Shown piece by piece: positions 9,319 to 18,404 of a stretch of DNA of 64,000 nucleotides (its first letter is position 1; every line of letters starts with the position of its first letter). Made by a program: the position numbers and the translations under genes. The notes under the pieces are model-generated. The model was not told the DNA's origin and did no database searches. It was given only the letters and a program-made list of their open reading frames with translations. Source of the stretch: Bacilli bacterium (GTDB lineage: Bacteria; Bacillota_I; Bacilli_A; ML615J-28; CAG-698). The stretch lies in contig JBMNLZ010000002.1 of the NCBI GenBank assembly GCA_050953065.1, positions 448,001 to 512,000 of the forward strand, in the 5' to 3' direction.

Positions 9319-10620
9319 ATGAAAACATTAAAAGTTGGAAAAGATTATAATATGGAAATTACTTCTCTTACGCATGAGGGCTTAGGTGTAGGTAGAATTG
9401 ATGAGATTGCGGTATTTGTTTATAACGCTTTAGTAGGAGAAGAAACAGTTATAACTATTACTGAAGTGAAAAAGAGTTTTTGTTTTGGAAAAGTAAAACA
9501 AATAATTAAAAAAAGTCCTGATAGAGTAAAACCCGTTTGTTCATTATATGGAAGATGTGGAGGCTGCAATTTTATGCATTTAGCCTATGAAAGTCAATTA
9601 GAGGCTAAATTAGAGATATTTAAACAGATTTTAAAGCGCCTTGGGAAACTAGATTGTGTAAAGGTAGAAGAAGTGATTCCTGCAAGTAAAATATATAATT
9701 ACAGAAATAAAGTAGTTATTTTTTTCAAAGAAGTAAAAGGCGATATTATTTATGGCTTTTATAGAAGAGAGACTAATCAAATTGAAAGAATGGAAAAGTG
9801 TTTCTTGTTTAACGAGAAAATATCTAGTATTTTAAAAACGATTAAAGAGTTTATGTTAAAAGATCTTGAAAACAATTTTATTACAAGTGTTTCTTTTAGA
9901 AATAATGATAAAGATGAATTTATAGTAGGTTTAAATGTTTCAAGAAAGAAATCTCATTTTTTAAAAACTTTAACTGTAGAGCTTGTTGAAAAACATAAAA
10001 GTATTATTTCAATTGTTGTTTGTGAAGAAGAAAAGAATAAATATAATACACTTTTTGGAAAAGGTAGAATTAAGGAAAATATCTTAGGCTTCAATTATAA
10101 TATTTCAATTGATGATTTCTTTCAAACAAATAAAGAACAAACTGAAAAACTATATTCTAAAGTTTTAGAATATGCAGGAAATAATTTAGGGGTTGTTGTT
10201 GATGGGTATTGTGGGGTTGGAAGTATGACTCTACCTTTATCAAAAGTTTCAAAGAAAGTTTATGGAATTGAAATAAATGAAACTTCAGTAAATGATGCGA
10301 TTAGAAATAAAGAGATGAATAATGTAAATAATGTTCATTTTATTTTAGGAAAAACTGAAGAAAAGATTAAAGAAATTAGTGAAGAAATTGATTTAATTGT
10401 GATAGATCCTCCAAGAAAAGGATGCGATGCATCACTTTTAAATTCAATTATTTCTAAAAAAATAGAAAAGATAATTTATGTTTCATGTAATCCTGCAACT
10501 CTTGCAAGGGATTTAAGAGTCTTAAGTGATGAAGGATATGAAATAAAAGAGATTTCTTTGTTTGATATGTTTCCCAATACGACACATATTGAGACAGTAG
10601 TTTTGCTGACTAATAAATAG
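9319..10620 (+). CDS. rlmD: 23S rRNA m5U1939 methyltransferase
   Basis: TRAM N-terminus, CSLYGRCGGC Fe-S motif, FFQTN, DGYCGVG, DPPRKG, YVSCNPATLARD, DMFPNTTHIE. Confidence 0.92.
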   Translation: MKTLKVGKDYNMEITSLTHEGLGVGRIDEIAVFVYNALVGEETVITITEVKKSFCFGKVKQIIKKSPDRVKPVCSLYGRCGGCNFMHLAYESQLEAKLEIFKQILKRLGKLDCVKVEEVIPASKIYNYRNKVVIFFKEVKGDIIYGFYRRETNQIERMEKCFLFNEKISSILKTIKEFMLKDLENNFITSVSFRNNDKDEFIVGLNVSRKKSHFLKTLTVELVEKHKSIISIVVCEEEKNKYNTLFGKGRIKENILGFNYNISIDDFFQTNKEQTEKLYSKVLEYAGNNLGVVVDGYCGVGSMTLPLSKVSKKVYGIEINETSVNDAIRNKEMNNVNNVHFILGKTEEKIKEISEEIDLIVIDPPRKGCDASLLNSIISKKIEKIIYVSCNPATLARDLRVLSDEGYEIKEISLFDMFPNTTHIETVVLLTNK

Positions 10621-10820
10621 TCCGAAAAAGCAAAAATAGGGTTAAGATTAGATATTTAAAGGTGTTTTAACCTAAAATTTGGACTTAAAGTTAATTCGTA
10701 CGATATTCAAAGTTTCTCAGCACTAGAGTTGTTTCAATTTAGGGGTGAAGCAACAAAGCGGAGATGTCCAAGGTAACTTTAAAATATTAACAAATTCAAT
10801 CTAAATTAAGGGTAAGCATT

Positions 10821-10924
10821 TGCCCAAGATGTGATGGTATTTTAGTTGGACGTGAATGTAAGTATGGTAAGTTCTAATATGTTTAAATTATCCTAAATGT
10901 ATTTTTATACTTAATAAGAAGTAG
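10821..10924 (+). pseudogene. Remnant of a topoisomerase-type C4 zinc ribbon (zf-C4_Topoisom-like)
   Basis: CPRCDGILVGRECKYGKF* (stop 10875-10877), continuing in another frame from 10880 as CLNYPKCIFILNKK*. Matches CPxCGGxLVxRxGKYGxFxGCSNYPKC. Confidence 0.75.
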
Positions 10925-10938
10925 GAAGGGAGAATTTT

Positions 10939-11590
10939 ATGACGATGAATCCTAAAAAGATTTTAGATGATATTAGATTATAGCAAGAACAAATATAAAA
11001 AGGACATTTCATCTATAGCTAATCAAAAAGAAAAACAAATGACAGATGAAATTGTTGAAAAATTAAAGAAATATAATTTAAGCATTGAAACTAATTATAA
11101 AATTAAAAATGGAACTAAAGATTTAGCCGAATATGACATGCTGGCGTTTGATAACGAAAAAAATGATTTGTATATTTGTGAATTCGAATGGTATTTTGTT
11201 GGAGATGGCGAAAAAGAACATAAGAGACTCGATGATAAAATTAAGGAAGCAATCAAACATCGACATAATAAAAATAAATATATTTTGGATAATCCACAAA
11301 AAATATGTGATGAATTATTTGATAAGAAAAAGGTTAATAACGTTTATGAAATATTAATTTCTCAGAACTTTAGTGGTACGTCAAAACATGATATGACAGT
11401 TATTGATTTTGAAACTCTACAATGGAGCATTGAAAGGTATGAAATATTTAAAGAGTTAATGGGTTATTTCTTAACTGGAGAATATAGAGAATCAATACCT
11501 GTTGAAGATATAATTGTAGATGCTGAAATAGAGGGCTATAAATTCAGATTTTATCGTATGTGTATAAGTAATAATAATGGGAGGATATAA
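10939..11590 (+). pseudogene. Probable internally deleted or frameshifted gene; C-terminal PD-(D/E)XK/NERD-like fragment
   Basis: The SD-supported ATG at 10939 reads only MTMNPKKILDDIRL*. The 207-aa ORF at 10967 is in another frame, has no SD, and carries EYDMLAFD...LYICEFEW (E in place of the K of ExK). Confidence 0.55.
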
Positions 11591-11594
11591 TAGT

Positions 11595-11996
11595 ATGAAA
11601 AAAGTATTAAAATTATTTGTTGTTTGTAATTTGTTTTTGTTTTTATTTTGTTTAACATCCTGTGTTTCAACTGGTGATTTGATGGGAAATAATCCAACTA
11701 GTAACTCAACAGTTGAAACAATGAAAAAGCATACAGTTCGATTGACGATGGACAATTACCAAACATACATTGAAATTAGGGGAATATCTGGAGAATCAGC
11801 AACAACTTTTAATTTCGAAGGTGCATTATCTTATGCTTATTATGACAATGTGGTAATAAGTTATAAAGTTAACGGTGAACCAAGAGAAACAAAGTTAAAT
11901 GCTGGTGGATATGGTAGATATTATTCGTCATTAAGAATGGCATCAAGCACTGCAGAAATTATTGGTGTTTCAGGCAGCGTAATCTATTGGATGTAA
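11595..11996 (+). CDS. Hypothetical lipoprotein
   Basis: GGGAGG SD; MKK plus hydrophobic core plus LTSC lipobox. Confidence 0.7.
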   Translation: MKKVLKLFVVCNLFLFLFCLTSCVSTGDLMGNNPTSNSTVETMKKHTVRLTMDNYQTYIEIRGISGESATTFNFEGALSYAYYDNVVISYKVNGEPRETKLNAGGYGRYYSSLRMASSTAEIIGVSGSVIYWM

Positions 11997-12105
11997 GTAA
12001 TTTATCAGCATTAAATTTTATTGCATCCATATAAAAGGTGTATCTTATTAACAACAAAAAACAAATAAAAATTATAGTGTCTTTACTTTCTTTTAAAAAT
12101 AGTTA

Positions 12106-12155
12106 TTGACATATGCCAAAAATGGTGTATAATAAAAGTAGATGGCATATGCCAT
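12106..12155 (+). promoter_or_regulatory. Sigma-A promoter with two copies of a palindromic operator (TG[G/A]CATATGCCA)
   Basis: TTGACATATGCCAA (12106-12119) includes the -35; TATAAT at 12128-12133; perfect palindrome ATGGCATATGCCAT at 12142-12155. Confidence 0.75.
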
Positions 12156-12177
12156 AAACTATTAAGGAGGTGAAAAC

Positions 12178-12447
12178 ATGCCAAGAAGAGATGGTACTGG
12201 TCCTATGGGTTTAGGTTCAATGACTGGAAGAGGCTTAGGTAATTGTGAGGTTTCAAAAGAAGGAGCAACTCTTGGAATGGGTTATGGATTTGGTCGAGCT
12301 TGCAGACGCGGAATGGGGCGTGGGGCAGGTAGAGGTATGCTAATTAATCAAAATCCTTCTAAAACACAAAAAGAATGGCTAGAAGAACAAAAAGAGTTTT
12401 TAGAAAAAAGACTTGAAGTTATTGATAAAGAACTAAAGGATCTATAA
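12178..12447 (+). CDS. DUF5320 family protein
   Basis: MPRRDGTGPMGLGSMTGRGLGNC, Gly/Arg-rich middle, coiled-coil C-terminus. Confidence 0.9.
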   Translation: MPRRDGTGPMGLGSMTGRGLGNCEVSKEGATLGMGYGFGRACRRGMGRGAGRGMLINQNPSKTQKEWLEEQKEFLEKRLEVIDKELKDL

Positions 12448-12453
12448 AGAGTA

Positions 12454-12490
12454 TTTTAAAATAACCAGAGATTCTCTGGTTATTTTAAAA
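12454..12490. repeat. 17-bp perfect inverted repeat inside the operon
   Basis: TTTTAAAATAACCAGAG-ATT-CTCTGGTTATTTTAAAA. Confidence 0.85.
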
Positions 12491-12507
12491 ATAAATGGAG
12501 GTAAGAT

Positions 12508-12891
12508 ATGGCAAGACCTAGAAAATTTAGAAATGTTTGTGGGTTACCAAAACAAAAAAAATTTGGACCTCTTGATTTTCCAGTTGATGGGGATTATATA
12601 AATATGACTGTAGATGAATATGAAGTTATTAGACTTATTGATCTAGAAGGGTTTAATCAAGAAGAAGCAGCCAAACAAATGAATGTTGCTAGAAGTACAG
12701 TTCAAGGAATTTATGTTGAAGCAAGAAAAAAGTTAGCAGAATCTTTAGTAAATGGTAAGGCTCTTTTAATAGAAGGTGGAGAATATCGTTTGTGTGATGG
12801 GTTTGGTAATAGATGCGGAAGAGGTTGTCATAGGAAAAGACGTGGAAGAGGATTTAATGATGATAATAATTTTGAAGGAGGTAATTTATGA
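12508..12891 (+). CDS. DUF134 (UPF0251) HTH DNA-binding protein
   Basis: [10 protein letters not shown]...[31 protein letters not shown]...[20 protein letters not shown], plus a Cys/Gly/Arg tail. Confidence 0.9.
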   Translation: MARPRKFRNVCGLPKQKKFGPLDFPVDGDYINMTVDEYEVIRLIDLEGFNQEEAAKQMNVARSTVQGIYVEARKKLAESLVNGKALLIEGGEYRLCDGFGNRCGRGCHRKRRGRGFNDDNNFEGGNL

Positions 12892-13256
12892 AAATAGTAA
12901 TTCCGGTAGATGAAAAAAAGATAGAATCAAATGTATGTATATCTTTTGGTAGAGCACCTTATTTTCTTATTTATGATGTAGAAAACAAACAAAGTGTATT
13001 TATTGATAATAGTGCAGCGATAAGTACAAGAGGTGCAGGAATAAAAGCTGCTCAAATAATCGTTGATAATAAAGCAAATGTTTTAATAACACCACGCTTA
13101 GGAGAGAATGCAGCTGATGTTTTAAACCATAGTGAAGTAAAAATTTATAAAGCTTTAGATGCTAATGCAAAAGATAATATTGCTGCATTTTTAGCAGGAA
13201 AGCTTTCTTTGCTTGATGATGTTCATGCAGGATTTCATATGCATGAGGCGAAATAA
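12888..13256 (+). CDS. NifB/NifX (MTH1175 / Orange-protein-like) family protein
   Basis: [12 protein letters not shown]...GAGIKAAQ...[10 protein letters not shown]. Confidence 0.85.
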   Translation: MKIVIPVDEKKIESNVCISFGRAPYFLIYDVENKQSVFIDNSAAISTRGAGIKAAQIIVDNKANVLITPRLGENAADVLNHSEVKIYKALDANAKDNIAAFLAGKLSLLDDVHAGFHMHEAK

Positions 13257-13257
13257 T

Positions 13258-14121
13258 ATGAGGCTAGCTGTCTTAAGTGGAAAAGGTGGGACAGGGAAGA
13301 CATTAGTATCGGTGAATTTAGCAGCATTATTAAAAGAGGCTATTTATATAGATTGTGATGTAGAAGAACCAAATGGACATTTGTTTTTTAAACCAGATAT
13401 TTTAGAAGAAGAAGAAATATTAGTAAAAATTCCAGAAGTAGATAAAAACTTATGTACTGGTTGTAGAAAGTGCGTTGAATTTTGTATGTTTAATGCTCTT
13501 GCTTATATTAAAGATAGACTTCTTGTTTTTAATGAGGTTTGTCATTCTTGTGGGGGCTGTCTTTTGGTTTGCCCTGAAAAAGCTTTAACTGAAAAAAATA
13601 AGGTTATTGGTCAGGTTAAAAAAGGAGTTTCAGAAGAAGTTATTATATATTCAGGGATTCTAAATACAGGTGAAGCATCAGGAGTTCCTATTATTAAGAG
13701 ACTACTTTCAAAGAATAATTTAAAAACAGATAAACCTATTATTATAGATTGTCCTCCTGGTAGTGCTTGCATCGTAATGGAAAGTATTAAAGATGCAGAC
13801 TTTTGTATCTTAGTAACTGAACCAACATTGTTTGGTGTTCATAATCTTAATATGGTATATGAACTAGTTAAGTTATTTAATAAACCATTTGGAGTAGTTA
13901 TTAATAAATGTTTAAATGAAAAAAATCCAGCTGAAGAATTTTGTTTAGAAAAAGGTCTTAAGATTTTAGGTAAAATACCATTTGATAAGGATTTAGGATT
14001 ATTAAATTCAAATGCTGAAATTGTTGTTAGAAAAACTGATAAATATAAGGAAATGTTTTCTTCCTTACTTAAAACAGTAATAAAGGAGGTAAAGCATAAT
14101 GAAACAACTATTGATTCTTAG
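13258..14121 (+). CDS. MinD/ParA-type P-loop ATPase with inserted 2[4Fe-4S] ferredoxin domain
   Basis: SGKGGTGKT, DCDVEEPN, CTGCRKC...C, CHSCGGCLLVCP, DCPPG, VTEPT. Confidence 0.9.
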   Translation: MRLAVLSGKGGTGKTLVSVNLAALLKEAIYIDCDVEEPNGHLFFKPDILEEEEILVKIPEVDKNLCTGCRKCVEFCMFNALAYIKDRLLVFNEVCHSCGGCLLVCPEKALTEKNKVIGQVKKGVSEEVIIYSGILNTGEASGVPIIKRLLSKNNLKTDKPIIIDCPPGSACIVMESIKDADFCILVTEPTLFGVHNLNMVYELVKLFNKPFGVVINKCLNEKNPAEEFCLEKGLKILGKIPFDKDLGLLNSNAEIVVRKTDKYKEMFSSLLKTVIKEVKHNETTIDS

Positions 14122-14962
14122 TGGTAAAGGTGGTACAGGAAAGACAACTATTGCAAGTGCTTTTATAAGGTTAGCTAATGCTAAAGCATATGCAGATTGT
14201 GATGTAGATGCACCTAATCTACACCTTATTAGTAGTTGGGAAACAAATCCTAAAAAAAGTGATTATTATGGATTACCAAAGGCAGAAATAAATTCTAATT
14301 TATGTATTCAGTGTGGAGAGTGTTTTAAAAATTGTCGCTTTGATGCTATTATAGAAGACAGGGAATATAAAGTAGATTCTTTTGCATGTGAGGGCTGTGC
14401 AGTTTGTGAGTTTGTTTGTCCAGTTGGTGCGATAAAGATGGTACCAGATGTTGCTGGAGAATTGATGCTTTATTTAGAAAAGGAAAAAGTATTTTCAACT
14501 GCTAAATTAAAGATGGGAAGTGGTACTTCTGGGTTATTAGTAAAAGAAGTAAAAAAACAAATGACATCAGTAGATGTAGGCGCTACTTTTTCAATTATTG
14601 ATGGTTCTCCCGGTATAGGTTGTCCTGTTATAGCATCTTTGAGTGGTGTTGATATGGTATTAGTTGTAGCAGAACCTTCTATTTCAGGAATTACTGATAT
14701 GGAACGTATTATAAAAACAGCTCTAAATTTTAGAATAAAGATAGCAGTTTGTATAAATAAATATGATACTAATCTTGAAAATTCTTTAAAAATTGAAGAG
14801 TTTTGTAATAAAAATAAACTATTCTTTATTGGTAAGATTCCTTTTGATACTAGTGCTATAAAAGCTATTAATAACGGAAAAAGTATTGTTGATATAATTT
14901 GTACTTCAGGAGAAGCAGTTAAGGGGATTTATCAAAAAGCAATAGATTTGCTTTTTAATTAA
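14099..14962 (+). CDS. Second MinD/ParA-type ATPase with inserted 2[4Fe-4S] domain
   Basis: SGKGGTGKTT, DCDVDAPNL, CIQCGEC...C, CEGCAVCEFVCP, DGSPGIGCPVIAS. Confidence 0.9.
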   Translation: MKQLLILSGKGGTGKTTIASAFIRLANAKAYADCDVDAPNLHLISSWETNPKKSDYYGLPKAEINSNLCIQCGECFKNCRFDAIIEDREYKVDSFACEGCAVCEFVCPVGAIKMVPDVAGELMLYLEKEKVFSTAKLKMGSGTSGLLVKEVKKQMTSVDVGATFSIIDGSPGIGCPVIASLSGVDMVLVVAEPSISGITDMERIIKTALNFRIKIAVCINKYDTNLENSLKIEEFCNKNKLFFIGKIPFDTSAIKAINNGKSIVDIICTSGEAVKGIYQKAIDLLFN

Positions 14963-14979
14963 AAAAGGCGGTTAAATTT

Positions 14980-15804
14980 ATGCTTATAAAAGTTTTAGTA
15001 GAAAATACTACTCTTACAAATGATTTTAAAAGTGAACATGGTTTTAGTTTATACATAGAAACAAAAAATAAAAAAATTTTATTTGATGTTGGTGCAAGTG
15101 GTTTGTTTTTAGAAAATGCAAAAAAGCTAGATGTAGATATTTCTAAGGTTGATTATTTGATAATCTCACATGGCCATTATGACCATGGAGGAGGTTTAAA
15201 AACTTTTTTAAAAGAAAATAAAAAAGCAAAAGTTTTTATTCATCACCTTGCTTTTGAAAAATATTATGCAAGACGCTTAAATGATAAGTTAGAATTCATT
15301 GGGCTTGATGAAAGTCTAAAAGAAAACAAACAAATTATATTTACATCAAATATTTTTAATATTAATGATGAAATTAAACTTTTTTCTAATGTTTTTAAAA
15401 AAGATGGACCTTTAAAATCAAATAGTGGTTTATTTAAAGAAAATAAAGGTGAAAAGATAATTGATAAATTTGAACACGAACAAAATCTTGTGATAAAAGA
15501 TGAAGATAAAACTTTGTTAATTACAGGTTGTGCTCATAATGGAATTGTAAATATTTTAGAGCATTATTATCAAATGAAAGGCAAGATGCCTAATTATGTA
15601 ATAGGTGGTTTTCATCTTTTTAGTCGATCTGGTGGAATGGAAGATCTTAATAGAATAGAAAATATTGCTAAATATTTAAATAAAACAAAAGCAAAGTTTT
15701 ATACTTGTCATTGTACAGGTGAAGAACCATATAAAATACTAAAAAATATTATGAAGGATAATATAGATTATTTATCAACAGGTAGTGTTAATATTTTAAA
15801 ATGA
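14980..15804 (+). CDS. MBL-fold metallo-hydrolase (COG1237-type)
   Basis: EHGFSL, LFDVG, SHGHYDHGGG, GCAHNG, GGFHL, CHCTG. Confidence 0.9.
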   Translation: MLIKVLVENTTLTNDFKSEHGFSLYIETKNKKILFDVGASGLFLENAKKLDVDISKVDYLIISHGHYDHGGGLKTFLKENKKAKVFIHHLAFEKYYARRLNDKLEFIGLDESLKENKQIIFTSNIFNINDEIKLFSNVFKKDGPLKSNSGLFKENKGEKIIDKFEHEQNLVIKDEDKTLLITGCAHNGIVNILEHYYQMKGKMPNYVIGGFHLFSRSGGMEDLNRIENIAKYLNKTKAKFYTCHCTGEEPYKILKNIMKDNIDYLSTGSVNILK

Positions 15805-15817
15805 AAAGGAGGAAAAT

Positions 15818-16177
15818 ATGAAAAAAATTGCAGTAGCAAGTGAAAAGGAAATGGTAGCAGGCCATTTTGGACATTGTGAGAACTTTAATATTTATACAGT
15901 TGACAACAACAATATAGTTAAAGTAGAATCAATTCCAAACCCAGGACATCGCCCGGGATTCTTACCGAACTTCTTAAATGATTTAGGAGTAAAGGTTATT
16001 ATATCAGGAGGTATGGGAGGTGGAGCTATTGATATTTTTAATGAAAAAAATATTGAAGTAGTAGTTGGTGCAAGTGGTAATGCAAAAACAGTAGTAGAAT
16101 CATATTTAAAAGGGTCTTTAAAATCAAGTGGAACTATTTGTCGTGATCATAAACATAGTGATAAATGTGGATTATGA
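15818..16177 (+). CDS. Second NifB/NifX family protein with Cys/His tail
   Basis: GHFGHCENF, NPGHRPGFLPNFL, ISGGMG, C-terminal CRDHKHSDKC. Confidence 0.9.
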   Translation: MKKIAVASEKEMVAGHFGHCENFNIYTVDNNNIVKVESIPNPGHRPGFLPNFLNDLGVKVIISGGMGGGAIDIFNEKNIEVVVGASGNAKTVVESYLKGSLKSSGTICRDHKHSDKCGL

Positions 16178-16204
16178 AATAATTTAAGCAAAGAGTAAAA
16201 AAAC

Positions 16205-16462
16205 ATGAATTATGTTTATATTGTAGAATGTAGAGATAAAACATATTATACAGGTTGGACTAATGATTTAGAAAAAAGACTTGATGCTCATAATAAAGGG
16301 TTAGGTGCAAAATATACTAAAGCAAGACTACCTTTAAAACTTAAATATTATGAAGAGTTTAATACAAAAGAAGAAGCAATGAAAAGAGAATATGAAATAA
16401 AACAGATGACAAGGAAAGAAAAAGAATTGCTAATTAATAAAAATAAGAAAAAGATATTTTGA
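16205..16462 (+). CDS. Stand-alone GIY-YIG nuclease (UPF0213/YazA-like)
   Basis: [29 protein letters not shown]...[10 protein letters not shown]. Confidence 0.92.
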   Translation: MNYVYIVECRDKTYYTGWTNDLEKRLDAHNKGLGAKYTKARLPLKLKYYEEFNTKEEAMKREYEIKQMTRKEKELLINKNKKKIF

Positions 16463-16596
16463 CTTTTAATGCAAAATATCTTTTTTTATTTTTCTTTTAA
16501 ATACTTTTCAAACAAGTTTAATTTAATTGTAAAAAAATATTAAAAATATTATACAAATTAAAGGCTAACTTATTACAAATAACGCTCTTTTACCAA

Positions 16597-16625
16597 TTGC
16601 AAATTGCCGAGTGAAATGATATAAT
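16597..16625 (+). promoter_or_regulatory. Promoter of the atp operon
   Basis: TTGCAA, 17-nt spacer, TG-A-TATAAT. Confidence 0.65.
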
Positions 16626-16654
16626 AACAATAGAGTGTTTGAAGGAGAAACTTA

Positions 16655-17377
16655 ATGAATAAGGTTATTCTATTAAGCGCCATTGGCGACAGATTAAAAG
16701 GAGCAATGCTTCCTGAAAAAGTTGACTTTTTCGGGATAAAGGTGGGTCCGAGTTTATTTTCGGCCTTTTTTGTTACTGCCTTAATAATTTTAGTTTGCTT
16801 GATTATTAGAATTTTCTTTATAAGAAAGTTTTCTGATAAACCAGGTAGATTCCAAGTTGCTCTAGAGGGGATAGTTAATTTCTTTGAAGGTATTACTAAT
16901 GATTCTATTCATAAATATAAAGATTTTATAACCTGCTATGTTTTTACAGCAGCGATGTATATTTGTCTTGGAACCTGTTTAGAATTATGGGGCTTAAGAC
17001 CAGTCTTAAGTGATATTAATGCATGTATTGGAATGGCACTTTTTACATATGGACAACTGGTCATTTATAGCCTTTTAAATAAAGGTATAATAAAAGGTGC
17101 TTTTAATTCCTTGAAAGAAATAACCGTTGCAGTCTCATTCTCGTTTCGTTTGTTTGGTAGTATCTTAAGCGGTTTTCTAATAATGGAGTTAGTTTATTCA
17201 ATAATTTATATTTCGTTTGTAATTCCTGCTTTCCTACACGTAGTCTTTACACTCTTCCATGCCTTTATTCAAGCTTACGTGTTTGCGATGTTATCCTCAC
17301 TTTTTTTAGGTGAAGCGATTGGTGAAAAAGAAATAATGGTTGAAAGTCCAAAAAAAATGAATTTAAGTAATATATAA
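16655..17377 (+). CDS. atpB: F-type ATP synthase subunit a
   Basis: PGRFQ..LE, SFSFRLFG (essential Arg), FIQAYVFAML. Confidence 0.9.
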   Translation: MNKVILLSAIGDRLKGAMLPEKVDFFGIKVGPSLFSAFFVTALIILVCLIIRIFFIRKFSDKPGRFQVALEGIVNFFEGITNDSIHKYKDFITCYVFTAAMYICLGTCLELWGLRPVLSDINACIGMALFTYGQLVIYSLLNKGIIKGAFNSLKEITVAVSFSFRLFGSILSGFLIMELVYSIIYISFVIPAFLHVVFTLFHAFIQAYVFAMLSSLFLGEAIGEKEIMVESPKKMNLSNI

Positions 17378-17392
17378 AAAGGAGATTAAAAT

Positions 17393-17656
17393 ATGTTAAT
17401 GCAAAATTTGTTACTTGCGGTTGATCCAGGTCAAGTTGGAATGTTAGCACTAGCTGCTGCTATTGCTGTATTTACTGGTATTGGAGCTGGTATTGGGATG
17501 GGACATGCCACTGGAAAAGCAGTTGATGCGATTAGTCGTCAACCTGAGGCTGCCAATAAAATTAGAACAGTTTTATTATTAGGTCTTGCTTTTGCTGAAA
17601 CAACTGCAATTTTTGGATTGTTTGTTGCAATTTTAATAGTTATTAATATTTTATAA
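17393..17656 (+). CDS. atpE: F-type ATP synthase subunit c
   Basis: [13 protein letters not shown] loop, AETTAIF. Confidence 0.95.
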   Translation: MLMQNLLLAVDPGQVGMLALAAAIAVFTGIGAGIGMGHATGKAVDAISRQPEAANKIRTVLLLGLAFAETTAIFGLFVAILIVINIL

Positions 17657-17670
17657 GAAGGGGAAAATAA

Positions 17671-18180
17671 ATGAATAATCTATTTTTGGATTTACCACTA
17701 GGACTATCATTAGTAGAAATATTAATTCACTTGTTTAATTTTGCTGTTTTGATGATAGCAGTTCGCTTTCTTTTATGGAAACCTGTTAAGAAGAATATCG
17801 ATAGAAGAAGACTTGAACATGAGAAAGCTATAGAAGAAAGCAAAAAAATGGTTAAAGAAGCTGAAGACTTTAAGACTGAGTATCGTGCTTTAGTTGAAAA
17901 CATTGAAAAAGAAAAAACTGATATTATTACTAAAGCCTTGCTTGAGGCTGAAGAAAGAGCAGATGCTATTATTGTAAAGTCTAAAGAACAAGCTGAAAAT
18001 ATTATTGAAAATGCTAAAGAGATTGTTAAAAACAACAGAGCTCAAGCCCAAAAAGATTTTGAAAAAGAGATTGCAGGACTTGCGATAGATATTGCTAGTA
18101 AAGTTGTTGAACGTGAAATTAGCGAAAAAGATAATAAAAAATTAATTGAGAATTGTTTGAGTCAGTGGGAAAAATCATGA
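17671..18180 (+). CDS. atpF: F-type ATP synthase subunit b
   Basis: N-terminal TM (LFNFAVL...LWKPV) plus a long charged helix. Confidence 0.9.
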   Translation: MNNLFLDLPLGLSLVEILIHLFNFAVLMIAVRFLLWKPVKKNIDRRRLEHEKAIEESKKMVKEAEDFKTEYRALVENIEKEKTDIITKALLEAEERADAIIVKSKEQAENIIENAKEIVKNNRAQAQKDFEKEIAGLAIDIASKVVEREISEKDNKKLIENCLSQWEKS

Positions 18181-18395
18181 ATAAAATAATTGTTTATACA
18201 GCTAAAGAGTTATCAAGTGATTATCAAAAAAAGATAACTGCTAGAATCTTAAAAAAAGAAGAAGATTGTACTGAGGTTGAATTTGTTGTTAAGAGTTCAC
18301 TAATAGGCGGAATCATCATTCAAAAAGGTGATGTTGTTTATGATGGTTCTGTTTCTGGTGAATTGTTAGATATAAAAAAACATTTAAGTAAGTAG
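18177..18395 (+). CDS. atpH: Short ATP synthase delta subunit (C-terminal domain only, 72 aa)
   Basis: ATGA overlap with the atpF stop; VYTAKEL...SLIGGIIIQKGDVVYDGSV is the delta C-terminal signature. Confidence 0.8.
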   Translation: MNKIIVYTAKELSSDYQKKITARILKKEEDCTEVEFVVKSSLIGGIIIQKGDVVYDGSVSGELLDIKKHLSK

Positions 18396-18404
18396 GTAAA
18401 AAAG

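Noticed and set aside
12888-16177. Nitrogen fixation suggested by NifB/NifX-family proteins
   Set aside because: No nifH/D/K/E/N in the window; the context is the orp/MTH1175-type cassette.
16205-16462. GIY-YIG protein as a homing endonuclease or mobile element
   Set aside because: An 85-aa stand-alone UPF0213 type with no intron, DNA-binding extension or flanking repeats.
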